From the NCBI GenBank assembly GCA_035702525.1, contig DASSQL010000367.1, positions 1 to 55,238 on the forward strand: a stretch of 55,238 bases of DNA, read 5' to 3'. The notes under the pieces are model-generated. The model was not told the origin of the DNA, made no database searches, and saw only the letters and a list, made by a program, of their open reading frames with translations. Source of the stretch: Ornithinibacter sp. (GTDB taxonomy: Bacteria; Actinomycetota; Actinomycetes; Actinomycetales; Dermatophilaceae). Shown piece by piece: positions 20,756 to 28,654 of the stretch. A program made the position numbers and the translations under genes. Within the stretch, counting starts at the first letter, position 1. Every line of letters begins with the position of its first letter.

Positions 20756-21724
20756 TCACTGGTTCTCTCGCAGGAACCGGAACTGGATCGCCGTGACGAC
20801 TGCGATCACGACGAAGATGAGGTAGCTGAGGGCGGCCGCGTACCCGTAGTTGCCGAAGCCGAACTGCTTGTACGTGTACATCGACATCGAGATGGTGCTG
20901 TCGAGGGGGCCACCGTTGGTCATGACGAAGGGCTCCTCGAAGAACTGCAGGTAGCCGATCATCGTGATGACGCTGACGAACAGGATGATGGGGCGCATCA
21001 GCGGGAGGGTGATGTGCCGGAACCGTTGCCACGCGCTGGCGCCGTCGATCGCGGCCGCCTCGTGCAGCATCCACGGCACGGCCTGGAGGCCGGCGAGGAA
21101 GATGATCATCGAGGTGCCGAAGTTGCGCCAGGACGCCATCATGATCAGCGCGGGCATCGACCAGTTGGGGTCGCCGAGCCAGTTGGGGCCGGGGATGCCG
21201 AACCAGCCGAGCGCCGTGTTGATCAGCCCGAAGTCGGCCTGGAGCAGGAACTGCCAGACGACCGCCACCGCGACGATGGAGGTGACCACCGGGGTGTAGA
21301 AGCCCAGCCGGAAGGTCGACCGGAACCTCGTGATCCCACGGTCGAGGGCGACGGCGGCCGCCATCCCCAGGGTCAGGGTCAGCGGCACGCCCACCACGAC
21401 GAAGTACGCCGTGTTCCGGGCGGCACGCAGGAAGGTCTCGTCGGTCAGTGCCCTGGTGAAGTTCTCCAGGCCGACGACCTGCACCGAGAACGGTGTCCTG
21501 AGGTCCTTGGCCTTGGTGTCCGTGAAGCTCATGAAGAGCGACTGGAGCACCGGCCAGACCGTGAAGACGAAGAAGAGCAACAGGAAGGGCAGGGCGAGGA
21601 TCCACGCCGCCCGCCCCTCCCGCAGGCGCGAGCCAACGCGCTTGCGGGAGGGAGCGTCCGGCCCGGGGGTCCCGGGCTGAGCGGTGCCGACTGCTGCGGC
21701 GTCGCGCTCGGTGGCGGTGGACAT
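20756..21724 (-). CDS. Carbohydrate ABC transporter permease (MalF-like)
   Basis: EAAAIDGA loop, ITLPLMRP, MTNGGP. Confidence 0.95.
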   Translation of the reverse strand: MSTATERDAAAVGTAQPGTPGPDAPSRKRVGSRLREGRAAWILALPFLLLFFVFTVWPVLQSLFMSFTDTKAKDLRTPFSVQVVGLENFTRALTDETFLRAARNTAYFVVVGVPLTLTLGMAAAVALDRGITRFRSTFRLGFYTPVVTSIVAVAVVWQFLLQADFGLINTALGWFGIPGPNWLGDPNWSMPALIMMASWRNFGTSMIIFLAGLQAVPWMLHEAAAIDGASAWQRFRHITLPLMRPIILFVSVITMIGYLQFFEEPFVMTNGGPLDSTISMSMYTYKQFGFGNYGYAAALSYLIFVVIAVVTAIQFRFLRENQ

Positions 21725-21726
21725 GG

Positions 21727-23004
21727 TCAGCTGCCGGTGCCGATGGACTCGGCCTGCTTCTGCACGGTCTTCAGTGCAGCGGCCGGGTCAGCGCCGGTCT
21801 TGGTGACCTTCTCCATCTCGGTGTCGAACGACGTGACGACCTGCTCCCACGTCGGGAACGACGGCGGGGCCTGGGCGGTCTCGAGCTGCTTGCCGAACAC
21901 GGCGAGCTTGGCGTCAGCGGTGAGGGCCGGGTCCTGCCAGGCGCTCTTGACCGAGGGGAGGTCGGTCGACATGCCGTACCACTTGACCTGGGTCTTGGGG
22001 TCCGAGAGCCAGTTGACGAGCTTCCACGAGGAGTCGCGGTTCTTGGTGTTCTTGAAGACGACGAGGTTGGAGCCGCCGACGAACGACGAGGACTGCTTGT
22101 CGGCCGGGATCGGCATGACGTCGTACTTGTCCTTGAAGCCCTTGCCACCGGCCTTCTCGACCGCGGACATCATCCACGGGCCGGAGATGAACATCGGCAC
22201 CTTGCCGCTGGCGAAGTCGGGCTCGGTCGTCGGGGTCGCCGGCGCTGCCTTGTCCGAGATGCCGTCGGTGAAGAACGACTGGTAGTACTGCGAGGCCTTG
22301 AGCACCTCGGGGCTGTCGAAGTTGTACGCCTTGCCGCCATCCTTGGTGAGGTCGGCGCCCGCGGACCACGCGAACGGCATGACCGACTGCCAGGAGCCGG
22401 TGCCGCCCGCCTGCAGGCCGATGCCGTACTTGGCGCCGGCCTTGTCCTGCATCGCCTTGGCCATCGACTTCAGGCCGGCCCAGTCGGTGGGGGGCGTGGT
22501 GATGCCGGCCTTCTTGGCCAGGTCGGTGCGGTAGTAGACCAGGCGGGTCTCGACGTACCACGGCACACCGAACGACGTACCGCCGACCTCGGTGGTCTTC
22601 TGGGCGCCGTCGAAGAAGGCCGACTTGTCGACCTCGCCGGGGGTGGGGTCGAGCGCGCCCATGCCGGCGAACTCACCCATCCAGGTGGTGCCGACCATGG
22701 CGACGTCGGGGGTCTTGTTCGCGGTGATGGCGGTCGTGAACTTGTCGTGCGCGGCATCCCACGGGATCGCGGTCACCTGCACCTTGACACCGGGGTTGGC
22801 GGCCTCGAACTCCTTGGTGAGGCCGGGCAGGCTGGCGCCCTCGGCGCCCATGGCCCACACGGTGATGGTGCCCTTCGCTGCGCCGGAGGCCACGGCCTTG
22901 CCGGTCTCGGCGGCGCCGGTGCCGGCGGCCTCGCGTCCACAGGCGGACACGGTCAGGGCCAGTGCGGTGACGCCGGCCAGGGTGATGGCGGAGGTGCGTC
23001 TCAT
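21727..23004 (-). CDS. Sugar ABC transporter substrate-binding lipoprotein
   Basis: Start trimmed to ATG 23004 (MRRTSAITLAG). Lipobox LTVSAC; family 1 SBP features (ITVWAM, PDVAMVG, VPWYVETR, FVGGSNL). Confidence 0.93.
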   Translation of the reverse strand: MRRTSAITLAGVTALALTVSACGREAAGTGAAETGKAVASGAAKGTITVWAMGAEGASLPGLTKEFEAANPGVKVQVTAIPWDAAHDKFTTAITANKTPDVAMVGTTWMGEFAGMGALDPTPGEVDKSAFFDGAQKTTEVGGTSFGVPWYVETRLVYYRTDLAKKAGITTPPTDWAGLKSMAKAMQDKAGAKYGIGLQAGGTGSWQSVMPFAWSAGADLTKDGGKAYNFDSPEVLKASQYYQSFFTDGISDKAAPATPTTEPDFASGKVPMFISGPWMMSAVEKAGGKGFKDKYDVMPIPADKQSSSFVGGSNLVVFKNTKNRDSSWKLVNWLSDPKTQVKWYGMSTDLPSVKSAWQDPALTADAKLAVFGKQLETAQAPPSFPTWEQVVTSFDTEMEKVTKTGADPAAALKTVQKQAESIGTGS

Positions 23005-23096
23005 CGGTCTCTCTCTTTCGGGGTTGGGGCAGTGATCGGTGGAGGGTGGGTGGGTGGAACAGGGATGCCGTGGCGAGCCGGCGGTGACCGGGGTCG

Positions 23097-24110
23097 CTAC
23101 CCGGCGGCGTGGCCCGGCGGGCAGCCGCACGAGCTGCGGATGACCACCTGGGTGGCCAGCACCCGGCGTTCGGCGCTCGGCTCGGCGCCGGAGACCAGGT
23201 CGTGGAGCCGGTCGGCGGCGAGCGCCCCCAGCTCCTGCACCGGCTGGCGGACGGTGGTCAGGCCGGGCCGCACGTAGCGGGCCGTCATGACGTCGTCCCA
23301 GCCGACGATCGCGATGTCCGCGGGCACGTCGACGCCACCGTCGGTGAGCCGGGCCATGACGGCCAGGGCCAGCTCGTCGTTGCCACAGACCAGGGCATCG
23401 GCGGGCAGGTCGCCGGCCAGCAGCAGCTCGGCCACGGCGGTGCCGTCCCGCTCACGGAACTCGGCCCGCACCGGCTCGGCCGGTGTCAGGCCGTGCTCGC
23501 GGTGCGCGGCGGTGAAGCCCTCGTAGCGCTCCAGGAGGTCGGCAGCGGCGTCGATGTCGCCGACGAAGCGCAGGTTGGTGCGGCCGTGGTCGACGAGGAG
23601 GTGCTCGGTGAGGAGGCGGGCGCCCTCGACGTTCTCGGCGGCGATCGCCTCGATGCCGTCGCGGGCGTGCCCGGCGATCACGACGACCGGCTTGCCGCTG
23701 CTGGCCACGTAGGCGTCCGACCCGAACACGGCGATGCCGTCGACCCGGGTGGCCAGGGTGCGCAGCGCGCGGTCGCTGTCGCCCTTGGTGCCGGCCAGCA
23801 CGAGCATGACGCTCTTCTCGAGCTCGGCCGCCCGGGTCTCGAACCCGACGAGCAGCTCGGCGTAGTAGGGGCCGCTCAGCTCGGGGAGCACCAGGCCGTA
23901 GGTGTCGTGGTGACGCACGGCCAGGCTGCGGGCGGCGCCCGAGGGCAGGTAGTCGAGGGCGGCGACGGCATCCAGCACCTTGCGCGTCGTGCGCTCGGAC
24001 ACCACAGGGGACCCCTGGAGCACCCGCGACACGGTCGCGATGGAGACGCCGGCCCGGTCGGCGACGGAGTAGATCGTCGCCCCTCGGCGTGCGTCATCGG
24101 TGACTGCCAT
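23097..24110 (-). CDS. LacI family transcriptional regulator
   Basis: TIYSVADRAGVSIATVSRVL helix-turn-helix, hinge ARSLA, VPADIAIVGWDD, LTTVRQP, RSSCGC; start ATG 24110. Confidence 0.95.
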   Translation of the reverse strand: MAVTDDARRGATIYSVADRAGVSIATVSRVLQGSPVVSERTTRKVLDAVAALDYLPSGAARSLAVRHHDTYGLVLPELSGPYYAELLVGFETRAAELEKSVMLVLAGTKGDSDRALRTLATRVDGIAVFGSDAYVASSGKPVVVIAGHARDGIEAIAAENVEGARLLTEHLLVDHGRTNLRFVGDIDAAADLLERYEGFTAAHREHGLTPAEPVRAEFRERDGTAVAELLLAGDLPADALVCGNDELALAVMARLTDGGVDVPADIAIVGWDDVMTARYVRPGLTTVRQPVQELGALAADRLHDLVSGAEPSAERRVLATQVVIRSSCGCPPGHAAG

Positions 24111-24127
24111 GGTCCTGCCTTCGTCGT

Positions 24128-24141
24128 TGAAAGCGCTTACA
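24128..24141. promoter_or_regulatory. LacI-type operator
   Basis: TGAAAGCGCTTACA near-perfect palindrome with central CG, 17 bp upstream of the lacI start. Confidence 0.75.
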
Positions 24142-24354
24142 TTTCTCACTCCAGAGTGCTCAGGGCGGGCCGCCAGCGGGGGCTAAGGAATGTCACGAAA
24201 TGGTAACGGTGATGCGGGAGCCCCCCAGGGAGGCGCCGGGCCCGCCCCCAAGAGTCTGCGTACTCCGTTGTGGCACAGCCACTTTCATCCAAGCCAAACA
24301 GCACTTCGCGCGCGTCACCGGCGCCGGAAAGTCCTTCGAACGTTGCCGCGCCTA

Positions 24355-24366
24355 GGGCAGCTGCCC
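24355..24366 (+). promoter_or_regulatory. Candidate LuxR-type activator site
   Basis: Perfect palindrome GGGCAGCTGCCC followed by GATG; putative -10 TAGTCT at 24392-24397. Confidence 0.45.
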
Positions 24367-24430
24367 GATGCGCACCCGGGTCGGCCGTTCCTAGTCTCCG
24401 AACAGGGGTACCGAGGGCAGGAGGTGGGTC

Positions 24431-25417
24431 GTGGGTGGGTTGACTCGCACACTCGTGGCGTCACTCGTGGCGGTGGGGGCGACCCTGGCCGGGTCAGCCG
24501 CCGCGGCGGCCGCCGCCCCCGACTCGGTGGTCGGGTGCGCCCGGCGGTGTTCGGCACCAACCGCCCCGGCAGCCGTGCCCTCGGGCGGGTGCAGCCGGCC
24601 CGACGACGACCTGCGGGTCAGGTGCCTGTTCGACGCCACGGGCGAGCCCGAGCACTGGGTGGTCCCTCCCGACGTGAGCTTCGTGCACATCGACGCCTGG
24701 GGGGCCGGCGGTGGGGTGCCGGCGGTCGGGTTCCCGCAGGCACGGTCGGCGGGCGGGCGGGGTGCCGGCATCTCCGCCACCGTCGACGTGGTCGGCGGGG
24801 AGACGCTCACCATCGCCGTCGGTGCCCGAGGACGGCCGACCCGCGACGACTTCGCGCCGTCGGACGGGGCCGATCGGCACGTCGTCAGTGCAGCCGGCGA
24901 GGACACGACGGTGGCGGACTTCGCCGGTCACTGGCTCGTGGCCGGGGGCGGGGGCGGCGCCTTCGCCGCCGCAGAGGGTCGCGGGTGGTTCGGGGTCGGC
25001 GGAGCGCCCGGGTCCGCGAGCATCCGGCCGGACCGGCAGGGCTTCGGCGCCCGGATCGACCCGCTCGCGAAGGTGGGCGACGGCCGCCTCCGCCTCGTCT
25101 ACGACCTGTTCGACCGCGACGGGCGGCCGTCCGTGGTCGTCCGGCCGGTCAGTGGCCACACCGACGGGCGCCGCCACTTCACCGTGGTGTTCAGCGAGCC
25201 GGTGACCGGGTTCACCGCCGAGGACGTGCAGGTGGACGGCGCCGACCCGGGCCGGTTCGTCGCCACGGTTCGCGCCGCCACCCCCTTCGACGGCGCGCAC
25301 TACGCCATCACGGTGTTCGTGACGACGCCCTCCGGAACCGTGACGGCGGTCGTGCCGGCGGGGGTGGCCACGGACGACGAGTTCAGCACCAACACGGCAT
25401 CGTCGGCGACGCCGTGA
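24431..25417 (+). CDS. Secreted hypothetical protein with glycine-rich domain and C-terminal Ig-like domain
   Basis: RBS AGGAGG; signal peptide; IDAWGAGGG and VAGGGGGA Gly-rich motifs; FTVVFSEPVTGFTAEDV Ig-like strand pattern. Confidence 0.65.
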   Translation: MGGLTRTLVASLVAVGATLAGSAAAAAAAPDSVVGCARRCSAPTAPAAVPSGGCSRPDDDLRVRCLFDATGEPEHWVVPPDVSFVHIDAWGAGGGVPAVGFPQARSAGGRGAGISATVDVVGGETLTIAVGARGRPTRDDFAPSDGADRHVVSAAGEDTTVADFAGHWLVAGGGGGAFAAAEGRGWFGVGGAPGSASIRPDRQGFGARIDPLAKVGDGRLRLVYDLFDRDGRPSVVVRPVSGHTDGRRHFTVVFSEPVTGFTAEDVQVDGADPGRFVATVRAATPFDGAHYAITVFVTTPSGTVTAVVPAGVATDDEFSTNTASSATP

Positions 25418-25440
25418 GGCGGCAGGTCGCCGGGCCGGGT

Positions 25441-27819
25441 TCAGCGGCCGGGCGCCACGCCGGTGCGCACCGCCCAGGTGGCGGCCTCGGTGCGACCGCG
25501 CACCCCGAGCTTGCGGTAGATCGCGACAGTGTGGTGCATGACCGTCTTGCTCGAGATGCCCAGCGCGAGTGCGATCTCCCGGTTCCCCGCGCCGTCGACG
25601 AGCATGAGGAGCACCTCGTGCTCGCGTGCCGTCAGCGGCTCGGGCGAGGGCGCCGGGGTGGGCCGGGCCGGCCGCTGGTCGAGGGGAGGCGTCGCCAGCC
25701 GGGCCATCAGCTTCTCGGCCTGCCGGAACGCCTCGAGCAACGACGGCGCTTCGGTGAGTGACCCGGATGCCGTGCCGGGACCGGCGTCCTGGACGAGGTC
25801 GGCGGCGGCGCTGTAGGCGAGGTAGTCCGGCCGCCCCAGGGCGTTGCGCAGCAGCGGGTCGAGCGGCGCCAACGTGGCGCACAGCGGTGCGGCGTCGACG
25901 AGCTGGCCCGCGGCGACGAGCACCCGCACCGGCACGGTGAGCATCGTCGCGGAGGGGAGCGGCTCCACGCCCAGCCGGCTCGCGCCGATCGGCAGCAGCT
26001 GCAGCGTGAGCCCGGCCGCCGACCCGACGTCACCGGCATCCAGCGCCTGGGTGACCAGCTGGCCCAGCACGATGGCGGCAGCGAACCCGTCCTGGTGGCG
26101 CCAGGCGGACTCCAGGAGGTCCTGCGCGGCGGGCAGCGGCAGCTCGGGCGCCCCGGTGTCGACGACCCCCATCGCGCGCAGGAAGATCGCCGCGTAGTCC
26201 GTGGCGACCCGGTCGCCGGTGGCCGACCCGCCGGCGAAGGCGGCCAGCAGGAGGGCCCGGGCCGGCTCGACCTGGCCCTGCGACAGGGCTCCCATCCCGA
26301 CCCACATCCGGAACCGGGCCAGGCGCCCCGGGTCGTCGTGCCGCTCGGCGAGCTCGAGCCCTTCCGCGATCCCGGCCTTGGCCAGCTCCATGTCGAGGGT
26401 CAGCGGCAGGGTGCGGATGGTCAGCTCGAGCGCGTCGAGCAGGGCCGCCGGGTCGCCCGAGGTGCGCGCGGTACGGATGGCCTGCTGCACGCGCTCGAGG
26501 GTCCAGGTCGCGAAGGCCTCGCGGTCGTCGACGTCGGCCGGCAGGTGGCTCACCGACCACACCAGGGCACGTGCCGCGAGCACGTCGTCGTGGTGGGGTC
26601 GTCCGAGCAGGTTCTCGACCCGGGTGGCGACCGAGGCGCGGCCGCCCGGAGCGGTCGTGACCCGGGCGGCCTGCAGGGCCAGGTCGAGCGCGGCGTCCGC
26701 CGAGCCGTCGAGCTGCGCCCGGTCGAGCGCCGCGAGCACGTCGGCCATCTCGTGCGGCTGCAGCGCCTCGCCGGTGCGACACCTGGCGCGGACGAACCGG
26801 TCGTGTCGATGAACCACCTCGGCCCGGGTCCCGTTCTCCGCGAGCCGTTCTCCCGCGAACGCCCGCACCGGGGGGAGCAGCGAGAAGAGCGGCTCCTCGG
26901 CGTCACCCGCGTCGACGTCGACGAGGGAGACGTCGAGCAGGGTCGAGAGGAGGTCGAGCGCCATCCCGTCGGACGGCGCCACCGAGGCGATCCCCTCGAG
27001 GGTCGTGGGACCGTCGAACACCGACATCGCCGCGAGCAGGTCGGCGGCCGCAGGGGGGAGCAGGTCGACGGTCCAGGCGAGGGCGGCGAACAGGCTCTGG
27101 TGGCGTTCCGGCGAGCCGGCCGGCGCACGGTCGAGCAGCCGGTGCCCCGTGGGCGCCGAGAGCTGCGCGGCCATCAGGGTGAGTGGCATCGACCCCGCGC
27201 GCGCGGCCGCCAGCTCGATCGCCAGCGGGAGCCCACCGACGGCACGGCAGATCTCCTCGGCGGCGCGCAGGTCGGCCGGGCTCGGCGGGTGGGTGACATC
27301 GCGCGTCAGCGCACGCTCGACGAACATCCGCAGCGCCGCCGGCTGCTGTTCGTCGGTCCCGTCCCGGCCGACCGGCAGCGGTCCGAGCCGCACGACTCGC
27401 TCTCCGGGAACGCCGAGCTCACCCAGGCTGGTGGCCAGCACCCGGGCCGCCGGGTAGCCCTCGAGCAGCGCCAGCACCACCTCGGCGGCACCGTCGACCT
27501 GCTCGAGGTTGTCGAGCAGCAGCAGCACCGGCTCCCCCGCGAACGACCGCCACAGTGCCTGGGCGGGTCGTTCGCCGAAGGCGACGGAGGCCCCGAGGGC
27601 GGCCACGACCGCGTCCGCCATCACCTCGCCCTCGCGCACCGAGCTGAGCGGCACGACCAGCCGGTGACCGAGCTCCCACGCGTCGACGCCAGCGAGCGCC
27701 AGCTTCGTCTTGCCGACGCCGGACGGGCCGGCGAGCACCACCGCCCGCACCCCCGGGTCGGCGAGGAGCGCGAGCACCGCCTGCAGCTCGTCGGCCCGGC
27801 CGATGAGCGGCCCGGCCAT
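25441..27819 (-). CDS. Large ATP-binding (NB-ARC/STAND-like) LuxR family regulator
   Basis: Start trimmed to ATG 27819. LIGRADEL, Walker A GPSGVGKT, Walker B LLLLDNLE, GLPLAIELAA, C-terminal LTAREHEVL...NREIALALGISSKTV. Confidence 0.9.
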   Translation of the reverse strand: MAGPLIGRADELQAVLALLADPGVRAVVLAGPSGVGKTKLALAGVDAWELGHRLVVPLSSVREGEVMADAVVAALGASVAFGERPAQALWRSFAGEPVLLLLDNLEQVDGAAEVVLALLEGYPAARVLATSLGELGVPGERVVRLGPLPVGRDGTDEQQPAALRMFVERALTRDVTHPPSPADLRAAEEICRAVGGLPLAIELAAARAGSMPLTLMAAQLSAPTGHRLLDRAPAGSPERHQSLFAALAWTVDLLPPAAADLLAAMSVFDGPTTLEGIASVAPSDGMALDLLSTLLDVSLVDVDAGDAEEPLFSLLPPVRAFAGERLAENGTRAEVVHRHDRFVRARCRTGEALQPHEMADVLAALDRAQLDGSADAALDLALQAARVTTAPGGRASVATRVENLLGRPHHDDVLAARALVWSVSHLPADVDDREAFATWTLERVQQAIRTARTSGDPAALLDALELTIRTLPLTLDMELAKAGIAEGLELAERHDDPGRLARFRMWVGMGALSQGQVEPARALLLAAFAGGSATGDRVATDYAAIFLRAMGVVDTGAPELPLPAAQDLLESAWRHQDGFAAAIVLGQLVTQALDAGDVGSAAGLTLQLLPIGASRLGVEPLPSATMLTVPVRVLVAAGQLVDAAPLCATLAPLDPLLRNALGRPDYLAYSAAADLVQDAGPGTASGSLTEAPSLLEAFRQAEKLMARLATPPLDQRPARPTPAPSPEPLTAREHEVLLMLVDGAGNREIALALGISSKTVMHHTVAIYRKLGVRGRTEAATWAVRTGVAPGR

Positions 27820-28179
27820 CGTCAGCAGGCCCGGTCGCTCGGGTCCGGGTGGGTCCGGCCGCTGACCGCCGCCCGCTGGGTCGTCCGCCACGCGCGGCGA
27901 GACGCCGGCCGTCCGGGTGGACGGTCGGCGTCGGTGCACACGGCCCGTGTTCCGCGTCGTCGTGGTCACCCCTGGATGCGTCGCCCTGCGCGGACGTGTG
28001 GTCGGTGTGCCAGACCCTATGCCGCAGGTCAGGGGCGGTGGAATAGCCCGATGTGACTACGCCGGCGCCATCGGCCACCAGGCCGGTACGAGGCAGGTTG
28101 TTGCCGCCGGCCCGGTACCCACCTAGTGTCGTTCGGACGGCAGGTCCTCCGACCCGCCACGACGCAGTGGGGCAGGGCG

Positions 28180-28644
28180 ATGAGCTTCGACACGACGAAC
28201 GGCACCCGGGGTGGGCGCCAGCCCAGGGGAGCCTTCCTGAAGTGGACGAACAAGGTCATGGCCGGTCGGATCGCCCGCAAGGGCAAGGCTCCCGGCATGG
28301 GGTTCGACGCCCTGGTGCTGGTCACCGTCGGCGCGAAGAGCGGCGAGGAGCGTCGCATCCCGCTCGGCTGGTTCCCGGGCAAGGACGGCAGCTGGCTCGT
28401 GGTGGCCGCCGCGGCCGGGGCGCCGAAGAACCCGGCCTGGTACTACAACCTGGCGGCCCACCCCGACCGGGTGTCGATCGAGGTGCCCGGCGGCCCGATC
28501 GCGGTGCGTGCCGAGCAGCTGCACGGCGCCGAGCGCGACGAGGCGTGGCAGCAGATCGTCACCGCCTCACCGCAGTTCGGCAAGTACCAGGAGAAGACCG
28601 ACCGCGAGCTGCCCGTCATCCGGTTGGTCGCCAGAACGCCGTAG
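28180..28644 (+). CDS. Deazaflavin (F420)-dependent nitroreductase, DDN family
   Basis: LVTVGAKSGEER, GAPKNPAWYYNLAAHP, YQEKTDRELPVIRL; start ATG 28180. Confidence 0.9.
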   Translation: MSFDTTNGTRGGRQPRGAFLKWTNKVMAGRIARKGKAPGMGFDALVLVTVGAKSGEERRIPLGWFPGKDGSWLVVAAAAGAPKNPAWYYNLAAHPDRVSIEVPGGPIAVRAEQLHGAERDEAWQQIVTASPQFGKYQEKTDRELPVIRLVARTP

Positions 28645-28654
28645 TGGCACCCGG

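Noticed and set aside
24192-24207. GTCAC-N6-GTAAC as a GlnR/MtrA-type box
   Set aside because: Short degenerate match that could arise by chance; no supporting context.
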